A stretch of DNA of 64,000 nucleotides from positions 15,934,001 through 15,998,000 of the forward strand of contig NC_043008.1 of assembly GCF_006345805.1 (NCBI RefSeq). The letters run 5' to 3'. The number at the start of each line of letters is the position of its first letter. Position 1 is the first letter of the stretch. The DNA is from Octopus sinensis. Lineage: Eukaryota. This document shows positions 24,729 to 38,794 of this stretch, piece after piece. The translations under genes and the position numbers were made by a program. The notes below the pieces were generated by a model that was not told where the DNA came from, did no database searches, and saw only the letters and a program-made list of their open reading frames with translations.

Positions 24729-26639
24729 AATATATATGTTGTCTAAACCTCGTGCTCTAATAACTATACCGAACTTTTGTTACGTATCATTGAATATATT
24801 TTATAACATTTAAAGTAACATTGTCACTATTCATATATGGACTTAAACGATATCTATTTCCTTGGACAGAACATAAATACAAGTATACTATACAGCTCTA
24901 GTATTAGTATTTCCTTTCTTCATCTTTCTTTTTCGTTCCATTTTTTCTTGTTATATTCATTCTATATTTCACTTACAATTCACTCACTTTCGTCTATATA
25001 ATTGTAATAGAAATAAATGTCTTGTGCATGCCTATAGGTAATCAATAATCCAATGCAAACAAACAGTTGGACAATAATAGCTTTAAATTGAAATATCACA
25101 GCAAGCGATACATATATATTCTCTTCGAATTGGAATAAATTTTTGACTGTGCAAAATCTATCTTCATCATCTCGCTAAAAACCAGTTATTATGCATTTGT
25201 AGTTTGAAGATTTAAACAACGATATTGCGCGATTATTCCAAGTTTAAAACGAAATTATTCTCGTAGTCTCACGCTCTCTTTTCATGACATCACGTCATAT
25301 CTGTGAAATTTCAAAAAGCTTCCCTTATAAATTTTCTAAATTGATTAGATTTCTCTCCATGAATATCGTGATGAAAATTTGCGGTATCTGTTGTCTTTGT
25401 GTCAGTTTGTGTTGGTGTTTATATGCGTGTTTTACTTTAGTTCTTCTGTGATTTTCTGTGTTTGCGTGCCGTTAGTGAAAATGATTGATTTGATATTAAC
25501 ACTGATTAGTTCCAATAGTTTTTCTTTATTATTTCTTTTTATATAATAATACAGAAATCTCCGAGACGGAAATTACTTGAGTCAAATCCGTTTTGTTCTT
25601 TGTATCATGTTTAAAATTAATATTAATATCAAACATAATTACTAGTACAACAACTACAATTAAGATGAGGTATTTGGTAAATGGTGCTGTTAAATTTATC
25701 GAAGGAGGTTTTAACTAATATCAATATTATTCACCCATGAATTCATAAAAAGTAAAATTGATCTGGATGAAATTCGAACATACAAGTTTTAAAGACAATT
25801 TAAATTGTAATTATTTTATCGACTGTGCTTTACGGGTAAACGAATGTAATAACAATAGTAAGATCAACGATGAAATATATAATCTTGTTTGTTTTTTTTT
25901 TCTAATTTAGGGATAGGGCTAGAAATGTTTGTGTCATAGGTTAAGGACGATGATACAGACCTCAATACTTGACTGGTATTTTATTTTCCCTGGATGGAAT
26001 ACTGCAAGTAATGCTTCAACCGCGCCATGGAACCGGCAAGCACACGGCTGCCTTTTGCACTAATAACGACTACGATGATAATGATGATGATAATTCTGTC
26101 TTTTCATGGTACAATGCATAATTATACACAACCAAGCATTACCACATAGGGCTTAAAAATCAAGTATTGATGGGACAAAACAAAGTTATATAAGTAAATT
26201 ATGTCAGGTTTGTTCCTCATATAATGAATTCATGTAAACCCTCTTAAAGGTTAAACAGAAAATATATACAAATAGAAGAAAGTTCATCTAATATTTTATC
26301 ATGTACAAAATGACAAACCACACAAGTTAGTGTGAATCAAGCAAAGCAGCGCAAGCCGCTAACTCTTTATCAGTAGTGTATTGAAATCGCATGCAACTTC
26401 ATGTGTCATATTTTATATAGCGGTAGGTGACTGCGGTACTTTTCAGTAAGGCCCTATGTTTATATTATCCGTTCTTAAATAGGCTTATAAAACTCTCTGT
26501 AAACACAGTACTTCATCCTCCTTAAGATCTCATATGAAGAAGCATTTTCTTTAGCAGTATTCCCTTGCTAATTTATAAGATTTTGCACTTCTTGAAATTC
26601 CTTGGAACGAGCTGATTTTCTTCCGTCTTAAATACCACT

Positions 26640-27030
26640 AACTTCACCTTTCTACCCCAAAAGTCCACCCCCTCCTCAAAGTGGTTGAGTGCTGTAAACG
26701 GGCAGTGTCAGAGCTATGCCGTCGCGAACTTCGGTTCCTGGTAGGGCCACCCAAGGCGGATTGGTCTGGCACCAAGCGGTATTAGGGCCGCAGCCTAGCC
26801 AACGGGGGGCTCTGGTGAAAATTTCAAGAGGCATCTGATCGGCAACCGGCGGCTTCGAGGTCGTTCTGTACGTGCGTCAGTGGAGTTTCCGGGGCAAACA
26901 GGGCGACCCGTCACTCTACTCGGTATATACATGCGGGATGTCGGGGACTGCTTGTGAATTCAATATTCCCACAAAACTTCTATGAAGCCGGCTCAACCCG
27001 CCCTGGGTGAACGCCGTCACACGTACAAGT
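26640..27030 (+). mobile_element. GC-rich segment resembling an RTE-clade retrotransposon 5' UTR
   Basis: gagctatgccg...cctggtagggccacccaaggcggattggtc resembles, from recall, the 5' UTR block of RTE/Rex3-type elements. Confidence 0.5.
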
Positions 27031-29171
27031 ACCTTCACCATGTCAGCTGCTCAATTCTCTCTTCGTTTTATTTGAATGTTTCTGCAAATGTACATTCTTC
27101 TTCTGTACTCTATATTTACATCATTGTTCTTCAGAACCTATCTGATCTCCATCTACAAAAGCTGATAGGTTAATATTACTGTGAATGGGAACATAATATC
27201 ACGCACTCCTGAAACCGAGCAAAAGGCAAACCTGTCTACTCCCACTTATAATGCTTTTGGAACAAATATCTCCATGCCCAGCTCCTGTGGTTACAGGATC
27301 TGCTACTATTCAATATTCTATCCAACTGTCGGTTAATGGAACTACTCAAGCTACTTAGGTGGTCATTGCTTTAATGTATATCAGAAATGTTTTCAGTTTT
27401 GCTCCGGTAGCCTCATTATTTTTCTATCTGTATCTACGATCGCGCATTTATTGTATAGATCTGTGTATTCACGTATCACAAGTATTCAAAACCAGTGACG
27501 TCTACGAATCACATATCGTTTCTCTTAGCCTCTCCGCTTGTAATATCATTGGTAAAACTTCCGAGTGTCATTCTCATATTCCTCCGCGATATCATTAACT
27601 AAAAGCCTAGACGCTAGTATAACGTACTTCCGCAGTCTGACATATTTCTTTCAATTATGATTTGAAGACCAAGGAAATACTATCGTCCATTCTACCGTGA
27701 ACTATGTAAATCATATCCTCCCCTACATCGCCCTCGCTTTCCTTCTGTAGAACTTTTGAAGGTATTCGAAAATGGCTTACTTTCAGTAAGAAGGTTAGTA
27801 TTTACACCCACTCTTGAATAACGTAACACGGTACGAGAATTCAATGTGCGATAGCATCTAATACTTTGCTAGTTGATTAATATTTACATTCTCTTGTTGT
27901 GGCAACGGAAGCAAAAGCTATGTATGCTGTAGTATTTTTTTTATTCCATTAGAACTTTTAGATGAGACTGTTTATGGCTGTCAAGGTGCAAGACATATTT
28001 ACCAGCGAAAATAACATTTCTTAGTATTTTTAAAAGTGCAATTGTCTCTAATATTTTCTTTATATGCCTTTGTTTTTGTTTGTTGGGGTTATAATTTTGG
28101 GAACAACTGTTGACATAGTCATGATGTTTGAAATGCCTAGCAGCATAATTATAATATTTTTTTGGCTAAATTACACTATTTTTCATTTCTCCTACGCTAA
28201 AAATGCTTTGTTATGTTTCGAACAACAAATTTCACCGCAACACCGATCAGCGTTGCATGCAATCCAACGAATTGTTTGAAATCACATGAGTGATAAATAG
28301 AACATTTTGCCGAGCGAGAAACTATGACAGGAAAGACTTAAAAATTAAACAAAATCAGTAAAAATAACTCTTTCTTTTATAATAACATTTTCTTTCGTAG
28401 GTACAGATCCTGAAATTTGGGTAGGGACGTATTCGATTACATTGTCCAAGTATTTCACTGGTACTTATTTTATAGACTCATGAAAAGATTAAAAACCAAG
28501 TCTATCTCAGCAGAATTTGAACAGTATATTAGAGGAAATTTAAATTATCTGTAAAATTACTTCATAGGAGGAACGTGAGTAATCTTAAATGTTGTCACAT
28601 TCACCAAAACTTGTATGGGAAGAAAAGATGGTGATACACAGAGCAAAAGCTAGTATCTGCAACAGGATAAAGTTACCCAGAGGAAGTACCCTACAAAAGC
28701 TTTACGTAATAACAACACTATGCTGGAACAGGAAATTTCCCCCCAAAGTTCCTGACTGTTAATTTTAATAATATAACCCTTGAGGAAAAAAGAAGACAGT
28801 TCAAGGTGTTCTCAGTAGGTATTTTAAGCGCATCGAATAACAAGAACAGACACAGACAGCCATCTACATCCGCGATGTAAACCACCAGATTGAATACACG
28901 TATTGGTAAATTTAAAATAATTTAGTCTTTCTTTTTTACTATTGCCAAATAATAATAATTATTGAATTTGTTTTTTAAACTTAAAATGTTTTATTTTTAT
29001 CAACCGTGTATTATTGAAAATTCATTCATAAATAAAGTACAGAACTGGGAATAGTTATTATCGGTTTAGCGAAGGGAAGCTTAGTCTACAGACAAAATAA
29101 TTCGACTTAAATGGTTTTTCGACTTATGTCGTGTCACCTGGAACCAACTAGCGACGTAAGATGATGTATGC

Positions 29172-29227
<56 letters not shown>

Positions 29228-29272
29228 TATATATATATATATATCTATATATACATATATACATATATATAT

Positions 29273-29315
<43 letters not shown>

Positions 29316-29661
29316 ATATATATACATATATGTGTACGTATGTCTATATGTATGTATGTACACACACATATATATATATATATCTATATATACACATACA
29401 TATACATATATATGTACATATATATATTCACATATATATATATGTACGTATGTCTATATGTATGTATACACACACACATATATATATATATATACATACA
29501 TACACTTTTACATATTTATTATACACATACATAGTATACATGTATATACTTGTACGTATAAAGGTATAAACGTCTGTCTGTAGTTAAATCACAGAGTTGT
29601 ACGGTATTCCGACGCGTTCTTTTCATACCTCATAAAACACGTTTGCTCCATTGTTTCGTAT

Positions 29662-29893
29662 ACTCTTTTACTCTTTTACTTTTTTCAGTCATTTGACTGC
29701 GGCCATGCTGGAGCACCATCTTTAGTCGAGCAAATCGACCCCAGGACTTAGTCTTTGTAAGCCCAGTACTTATTCTATCGGTCTCTTTTGCCGAACCGCT
29801 AAGTGACGGGGACGTAAACACACCAGCATTGGTTGCCAAGCATGCTATGGGGACAAACACAGACACACAAACACATACACACACACACACATA

Positions 29894-29946
<53 letters not shown>

Positions 29947-30115
29947 CATATATACGACAGGCTTCATTCAGTTTCCGTCTACCAAATCCACTCACAAGGC
30001 ATTGGTCGGCCCGATGCTATAGCAGAAGACACTTGCCCAAGGTGCTACGCAGTGGGACTGAACCCGGAACCATGTTGTTGATTAGCAAGCTACTTACCAC
30101 ACAGCCACTCCTGCG
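29662..30115 (-). mobile_element. SINE family A, full-length
   Basis: Reverse complement of 22105-22512. Confidence 0.9.
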
Positions 30116-30531
30116 TATGTTTAAGAAAAAAAATATTATCGATGCGCCGAACTTAGTATAAAAGCTATATATTTTGAGCTGCACCTAAATTGTATAGATG
30201 CTATATATTAAGTTTCGGCATGTTTCGCGTAGAATGTTCTAGATTCGTATCGTCAAAACCTAATATTATCATAGCTTCTCTATAAGTAAATTGCTCACTA
30301 GACACAGGAAGATAATGTAGTGGGCGGCTATATTGGAGTAGCTATACTTTCATTCGTAAAGAAAAAAAGGAAACCGTGCATTAGCGTTTTAAATTCCTTG
30401 AACTATCATAGTCATGAGCATATATTATTTTCCAGCAACAATATTATAGATATTGTCTTCGTCCACCTATTTGTGAAAGATGGTTATTTTTACTTAAGTC
30501 AATAATAATGATAATAATAATAATAATAATA

Positions 30532-30595
<64 letters not shown>

Positions 30596-30643
30596 AAGAA
30601 GAAGAAGAAGAAGAAGAAGAAGAAGGAGAAGAAGAAGAAGAAG

Positions 30644-31064
30644 AATGTTAGTACAAAATCGCAGTAAAAAGTGCAAGAGAAAAAATGAAATAGGAAAAAG
30701 ATGTAAACGAAATAGTCTTAGGATTACAAAGAAAGAGGATGAAAACCAACAAAAAGAAATCCAATTCCTTATAATTTGAAATAGCAAGAATCTGGAGCAT
30801 GAGAAACGTAGCCGTCGAACCGATAATAATTGGTGCGTTGGGAACAGTAAGCAAAGATATAAACAAATGGCTGAATGAGATTAGAATAGAATGGCCGGTA
30901 GAACACCTACTGAATATGTGCCTCGTAAGGACAGCAAGGATTATCAGGATGGTTCTAAGCACTTGAAAGACAATTGAAATCTTGGGGATAACTAAGGTTA
31001 CAGGTAGTAATCAGCTACCTGCATAGATCCTGCTAAGAATTATACCGAATCTGAGCCAAACAAG

Positions 31065-31066
<2 letters not shown>
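30644..31066 (+). mobile_element. 3' fragment of a further R4/Dong-type LINE subfamily
   Basis: FEIARIWSMRNVAVEPIIIGALGTVSKDINKWL...RTARIIRMVLST*. Preceded by (TAA)n(GAA)n and followed by (TAA)n. Confidence 0.8.
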
Positions 31067-31124
<58 letters not shown>

Positions 31125-31164
31125 TAATAATAGTAATAATAATAATAATTATAATAGTAACGAA

Positions 31165-31200
<36 letters not shown>

Positions 31201-31246
31201 TAATAATAATAATAATAATAACGATAATAATTATAATAATAATAAC

Positions 31247-31330
<84 letters not shown>
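31067..31330 (+). repeat. (TAA)n microsatellite
   Basis: Direct reading. Confidence 0.95.
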
Positions 31331-31331
<1 letters not shown>

Positions 31332-32159
31332 GTGGTTTCATCCCTCCTCCGTTGGGTCGTTCGGGTTCTGTGATCAGTCGGTTGAGTTGTTCATGTAATT
31401 GCCGTTTCTCTTCGTGTATTTGTTTCTGTTTTGGTGCCTCTTGTAGTTGTAGTTGTGGCTGAATGAGTGTGCCTTACTTCATTTTTGTTGGGAATTGGGT
31501 CGGCGTGTAGGTGTTGTTAGTGTAGCTGATGGATTAGGTGAATTTTCCTAGTCATGTCTTTTCACTTTCAGCTTAGGACGGCCTTTTTGTAATTATTTTT
31601 TCTCTTTTTTCTAACACAAGTCCTTCTTGGGTGTGTCAGTTCCTCCTTATCGCATAATAAGGCTTCTGAATCGCCCGTGTCGGAAGTATATGATGTACCT
31701 ATACCGTCCACCTATAGGAATGGTCGGGCGTTGCTTCTTTCCATCGTACAGTTGATCGTGCCATTGTGGAGTTTAGATTCTGCTGTTTAAAATGTTGCTT
31801 TGTTGGCAATGATTGTATGTTGCAGCTGTTGGCCTTCTTGTGGTGCTTGTGGTTGCAGGGAGGGCCTACGTTTATTGAGCTCCATTTTCTTTATTTTGTG
31901 GGCAGCCGAAATTCAAACAGACGTTAGACCTACATATGTAGCAGCTTGGCTTTCTGCTTACCATCATGTGCTCGGTTGGACAGTACAAGTTCGGAGACCT
32001 TTTCCTGAGATTCCGGATGAAAATATCCATGCATGACCTCACTCTGTATTTTGTGTTTGAACATATTCAGTTTTCTCCTGAAAGTAGAAGTGTTTTGCTG
32101 TTATTGTCAACCAGCTTGGAGAATAAGTCATCACTGATCACGAGCAGAAGTAGTGGCGG

Positions 32160-32482
32160 AGCATCATAGCCATGTGTTGAAAGGAATACTTTGGGGTTTG
32201 AAGAATTCAGCTCTGGAAACATGGGTGTTTCATTCATCATCTTTACACAAGCCTTATCCAGGGAGCTTTTAAATGGGATGGACTACTCGACCTGAAGGAA
32301 ATTTTAAGCGGGCCCCACCTGCGAGGTCATGAGCTGTCTATCTTGATATGAGATCACTATATACCGCAACAAATTGTTGTGATGCATGTGCCTGGTCTAC
32401 CGGGTGGTTATGATGGGTATATTGGGTTTCGTATGTTTGTAGCCCAGTGTCGTTTTAATGGTAGGCGCTGCTTTCTAACCCA
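32160..32482 (+). mobile_element. Repeat ending in (TAA)n, probably the 3' end of another Dong-like family
   Basis: Its last 70 or so bp match 8503-8572 (gtatatt.t.ccc.agtgt...atgg...ctg.t.tct.ac.caataa), and both are followed by TAA repeats. Confidence 0.5.
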
Positions 32483-32510
32483 ATAATAATAGTAATAATA
32501 ATAATAATAA

Positions 32511-32550
<40 letters not shown>

Positions 32551-34594
32551 TATGGCTGTAAAGATCAACTAATGATTAATAAAGCCGTAACTGAAGACAG
32601 ACAGCCACAGAAAGAAGAAAGGCCTCAGTATGGCCTGGATTGACTACAAAAAGGCGTTTGATAGCATCCCCCACACATGGATCCTCGAAACACTAGCCAT
32701 TAAAAAGTAGCACCAACAATCATAAAATTCATAGAGCACTCTATGAATAAATGGCAAACAGTCCTACACCTCCAAACAAAAGAGGGACTCATGAAAACAA
32801 AAGACATCCCCATTAGAAGAGGAAATTCCAGGGAGACACGCTCTCTCCACTCCTTTTCTGCTTGGCACTGTCACCTCTATCTGATATGCTAAATAGAACT
32901 GGATGCGGATATAAATGTTACGGCAAAACGATCAGCCACTTTTATATATGGATGACCTAAAACTATACGCCGCAAATGACAAACAGCTGGAAACACTATT
33001 AAAGACAGTTATGGATTTACCAAAGAAATAGATATGAAATTTGGATTAGAAAAATGCGCCAAAGTAACCATGAAAAGAGGAAAACTAGTTAAGAGTAACA
33101 ACATCACACTAGATAAAACCAATGAAATAAAAGAATTAGACCAAAGCCAAACTTACAAATACTTAGGAATCCATGAACTAGATAAGACAAACACACACAA
33201 ATGAAAGAGAAAATAAAAAAAGAATATTATAGACGAGTTAGATCAATACTAAAAACAGAGCTCAATGCTAAAAACAAGATAATAGGTATCAACACTTTAG
33301 CTGTCCCAGTTATAAGTTACAGCTACAATATCCTTAACTGGACACGAAATGAACTGTCCAAAATAGATAGGAAAACAAGAAAAATACTGACAGGATCTAG
33401 GATGCATCACCCAAAATCTGACATAGAAAGACTATATATACAACGTATAGAAGGTGGTAGAGGCCTTATACAGCGGAAAACTACTATAAAATAACCACCA
33501 TAGGACTGCAAAAATACCTACTTCAGAAGGAAGGAAAACAGATCCAGATAGCAGCAAAACACGAGCTAAACAAAAAACTGTTCTCAGTATTTAAGGAAGC
33601 TGACAAATACAAACAAGAAATCATACCACCAAATAAACACAAAGAAGAAGAAGATGATGAAGAAACAACAAAAGCTATAAAACAAATGAAATCCAAACTA
33701 AAAATAGAACAGCAACGAGCCATGATAAAACGATGGCAGAAAAACCCCTTCATGGAATACTGCACTAAAAACTAAACGCAAAAGAAATAGACAAAGAAAA
33801 ATCCCAGCAATGGTTGAGAAGCTCAGGACTCAAAGCAGAAACAGAGGGATTTTTAATTGCAGCACAAGACCAAAGCATCCCCACCAGAAATTACCAAAAA
33901 CACGTAATGAAAAGAAATATTACAAGTAACTGCAGAATATGTGGAGATGGACAAGAAACAATAAATCATATTATCTCTGGCTGCCCAGTCCTGGCTAAGA
34001 AGGAATATATTCACAGACATGACAGAGTTGGAACCTACATACATTGGAAGCTATGCCAACATTATGGAATAACAACAGAAAAAAGATGGTATAGGCACAC
34101 ACCAGAAAAGGTCACAGAAAACGAGAAAGCAACCATACTCTGGGATATGCCGATACACACAGATAGAGAAATTAAGGCCAACAGACCAGATATAGTTGTC
34201 AGAGATCATGAAGAAAAAAAATGCTTTCTAATTGATGTATCAATACCGGCAGATGACAACGTGTCTCTAAAAGAAATGGAGAAACTCTCAAAATACAAAG
34301 ACCTGGAAATAGAGGTAACTAGAATGTGGAACCTGAAAACAGAAACAATTCCTATCATAGTAGGTGCATTAGGCATGATAAAAAAATATTCAGACAAATA
34401 CATAACAAAAACACCAGGACTTACGAACACATATAACATACAGAAAATTGCACTACTAGGCACTGCACACATCCTACGCAGAACACTTTCCATACAATAA
34501 CCATCAGAGCATCACAACAAATCACAGCACATACCCAAGGCACACAGAGCTGCGCTCGGTAGTGAAGTGAAAGCACGCTAAAAAAATAAAACTA

Positions 34595-34597
<3 letters not shown>
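32551..34597 (+). mobile_element. R4/Dong-clade non-LTR retrotransposon, 5'-truncated and frameshifted, inside (TAA)n
   Basis: RT motifs GCKDQLMIN, SMAWIDYKKAFDSIPH, FQGDTLSPLLFCL, YMDDLKLYA, KFGLEKC and YKYLG, followed by a zinc knuckle and restriction-like endonuclease. (TAA)n lies on both flanks. Confidence 0.93.
33814..34500 (+). CDS. C-terminal CCHC zinc knuckle and PD-(D/E)xK restriction-like endonuclease of the Dong/R4 LINE
   Basis: CRICGDGQETINHIISGC, RHD, RPDIVV..D, IDVSIP, EKLSKY. Confidence 0.9.
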   Translation: MRSSGLKAETEGFLIAAQDQSIPTRNYQKHVMKRNITSNCRICGDGQETINHIISGCPVLAKKEYIHRHDRVGTYIHWKLCQHYGITTEKRWYRHTPEKVTENEKATILWDMPIHTDREIKANRPDIVVRDHEEKKCFLIDVSIPADDNVSLKEMEKLSKYKDLEIEVTRMWNLKTETIPIIVGALGMIKKYSDKYITKTPGLTNTYNIQKIALLGTAHILRRTLSIQ

Positions 34598-34636
<39 letters not shown>

Positions 34637-36334
34637 TAGGTGTTTAACTCATAGAACGTTGAATATGCATTAACTTTATTGCAGTATAAAGCATGAGACA
34701 AAAAATTTAATTTCAATGACGTTCTTAGCTATTTCTAAGCAATATCACGCCTATAGCATAACTAGTCAAAAACATGTATGTGTCACATTTTGCTATTAAT
34801 TTAGGTTACACGATGCCCACAACGACTACGTGGTGTACGTATTCAATGAAAATAATTTCATACTAAATCTAAAATAAGACATCTTCAATCTGACATTATA
34901 TACAATGTTTAATGTAATATTAATCTCGCATTTATTCGTAAATTACGTGCTGAACAAAAAAGAATTGGGGCAGAAACTTTAATTAGTTTCCGAACTTGTA
35001 ATAAAACTTGCCGATAAGTTTAACACTGAAGTAATGGGATTTCAATTATTGGTCCTTTCAGCTATCTAGGAAAATTACTGGTAATTATTCGACTCTGCAA
35101 ATGTTATTGTTAGTCTTTATTTTACTTAAACGTTAAAGAGCATTTTTTACTTTAAATTTTAGAACTCATTGACAAAGCTTATTTTTACTTCCTGTATTTT
35201 TTTTTATCATTTAAAATATCATTAATGCCTTTATTTACTGCGCGATTTAACTTGCCGTTATCACTTTCATTGTTGTGAAAATGTATTTTCGATGAGAACA
35301 CTCTCCATCACCCCAGAAAACGTGTCGTTTTAGTGTCTCAAATAACTATATTTAATTCGGTGACTCCAATGAATGAGTGAATTTAATGAACAAATGCAAA
35401 AAATTCAGTTCAATGAAATGGTGTTCAATACATTTCTATTTACAATTGAGAATAAAATCGAATTTAATTATGTTTATACAATAAGAATACTAAAAATAAA
35501 CGAGATTACAGAATATGAAAATATATCTGGTACATTTAAGGTGAATTGCACCTTTAGAACGCGCAGGATTAATTTGGAAAATGTACTGATATACATGGCA
35601 TTCTATGAAGTTATCTTTCACTTCTACTTTAAACAGAAATAATAGTGATTTTAAAGTCACAAAAATAAATTATTGATCTCTTACAGTGAGCACACAGTAA
35701 ATACATAGATGATGGTAACTGATTTGTGTTTGGGTATTTAGGTATATATCCTGTCGTTTTCTGGGCATCATCCCTAACACTATGCTGCATATCATGTAAC
35801 ATGAATATAAATATCATTACAGAACTTTGCCTACAGTAAATACGGATACCAAACATTATAGATGATAAACGTACCGGTTAAAAAGAATGCAAAGATCCCT
35901 TAGGTTTAAACATTCTAGGTGAAAATTATATCAAAGCAATAATGTTGTATAATTGTTCGAAAGGAAAACATCTTATATTAACAATCATTTTATGAAATTG
36001 AAAACTATATGCGTTGAGTATAATATCACATATCAATCCTCTATAGAGTGGAGAATGTTATAGACATTATGCACTAATTTTCTATATGATTCTTAATGGG
36101 AAGAAACTCAAGTCCAAGCAAAAATATTATTGAAGATATTTTGAGGCGAAATAAATATTTTAATCATTAAATAATTTATGATAAGCAGCATGTCTCAGAC
36201 CAGATAGTAATAACACACTTGTGGGACGGGGCTAGGAGAGGAAATATATACTTTCAGATGTTCATACATGTAAGTAGTTATTTCCTAAAATAAAAAAAAT
36301 GTTCATTTGATTGTAAAAACCTATTTGGTAAAGG

Positions 36335-36580
36335 CAAAATTTAAAGCAGCGTGAGCATTGGCGCCAACCCACTGGCTAAGCAAGCAGGCCAATAGAAGAA
36401 AGAATGAGGGAAAGTTATGGCGAAACAGTACAGCAGGGATCGCCAACACCCCCTGCCCGAGTCTCGTGGAGCTTTAGGTGTTCTCGCTCAATAAACACAC
36501 ACAACGCCCGGTATGGAAATCGAAACCGCGATCCTACGACCGCGAATCCACTACCCTAACCACTGGGCCGTTGCGCCTCC
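36335..36580 (-). mobile_element. tRNA-derived SINE, third family
   Basis: Minus strand ggaggcgcaacggcccagtggttagggtagtggattcgcggtcgtaggatcgcggtttcgatttcc has A/B-box-like sequences. A similar head stub lies at 56858-56893. Confidence 0.75.
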
Positions 36581-36860
36581 ACGCACACGCACACACACAC
36601 AGACACACTCACACATACACACACACACACATATATATATATATGTATATATGTATATATATATGTGTATATACATATATACATATATATATATACATAT
36701 ATATACATATATGTGTATATATATATATATATATACACATATATATTTGTATGTATGTATATATATATGCATGTATATATATATGCATATATATATATGT
36801 ATATATATATATACATATATATATATGTACATATATATATATACATATATTCATATATAT

Positions 36861-36893
<33 letters not shown>

Positions 36894-37415
36894 CATATAT
36901 ATATAGAGAGAGAGAGGTAAGATAGATACACTTCCGCGTATATATCTCTAATACGTACACACATAAACAGGAGAGAAGCTCACATTTATTTTATAAACTA
37001 TAATTTCTCTTGGATAAATTTTGAAACCGGGAGGCTTTTGAAGAAAGAAAAACGAGATCTTTTGGAAATAATTATGGCAAAATTTTCTTTAGCCTAATCG
37101 ATTGCAAATATATCGAAGTCTATTCTTTACGTTGATAAACGGAATACTTTAGAAAAATTTCAATCGAGTTTAACGTTAGTATACGATTTGCATTAAAGTG
37201 AAAATTTAATTACTGTGTACATATATACTGAATATCGTTAGCATAATCATCATATTCATGTTGATTGATATTTGCATTTCAATGAAATGAAACTATATAT
37301 CCATCCAGGCATACGGATATATTCATTCACTTAACATTACACACACTCACTGAGGAAGACATACACAAACACGCACACAGTTTTTCACATACGCACACAC
37401 CTGCAGACCGTATGT

Positions 37416-37470
<55 letters not shown>

Positions 37471-38007
37471 TACATATATACATACATAATATATATATAT
37501 ATATAAATAAATGTATATATATATATATATATGTATGTATATATATATATATATGTGTCTGTGTGTGTGTGTATGTGTGTGTGTGTGTATATATAAAAAC
37601 ATACTTGTATTTAGGTGTGCACATATATATGTGGACATTTTAATATTATGTAAATATATATATTTATCTATATACATTTAAAGTATGTGTTTATACACAC
37701 ACGTAGACACACACACATATATGCATATATGTGTGTGAACATATATATATATATATATGTGTGTGTGTGTTTATACGCATACACATGTATATTGTGCGTC
37801 CTGTGACGTGCACAGGTCAGAGTGCGTGTGTGGGGGTCAGTGTGCGCGCGCATACACAAGTATGTGTGCATGTATGTTTGTGTGCATGTATGTATTCTGC
37901 AAATTCATGTGTCAGTGTTCTAGCATGTGTGTGTGTGTACCTCTCTTTGTATATATATATATATGTACATATATACACATACATATATGTACATGTATTA
38001 ATCTGTT

Positions 38008-38228
<221 letters not shown>

Positions 38229-38242
38229 AAACAAGGATTAAA

Positions 38243-38667
38243 GGCGCAGGATTGGCTGTGTCGTAAGTTTCTTGCTTACCAACAACAAACATGTATCCAG
38301 GTTCAGTCTCACTGCGTGACACTTTGGGAAAGTGTCTTCTACTATAGCCTCGGTCCGACCAAAGCCTTGTGAGTGGATTTAGTAGACGGCAACTGAAAGA
38401 AGCCTGTCGTATATATGTATATGTACATATATATATATATGTGTCTGTGTATATGTTTGTGTTCTGTGTTCTCCCCAGCAACATCGCTTGACAACCGATG
38501 CTGGTGTCTTTACGTCCACCTATCTTAGCGGTTCGGCCAAAGAGACCGATGGAATAAATACTAAGCTTACAAAGTCCTGGGGTCAATTTGCTCGACTAAA
38601 GGCGGTGCTCTGGCATCGCCGCAGTTAAATTACTGAAACAAGTAAAATATTAAAAGAGTAAAAGAGG
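38243..38667 (+). mobile_element. SINE family A
   Basis: Homologous to 22105-22512. Confidence 0.88.
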
Positions 38668-38735
38668 GAAAAAAGAACGGATAGAATGGAAAATACGAAA
38701 GATAAACATGTGCAGAGTTCAACGGTCATGAAGAT

Positions 38736-38794
<59 letters not shown>

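Noticed and set aside
27200-27850. Possible ancient RT fragment on the minus strand (FVD-like motif)
   Set aside because: Too degenerate to support without a profile search.
36515-36580. tRNA gene
   Set aside because: The tRNA-like head runs into a SINE body and lacks a proper acceptor stem and terminator.
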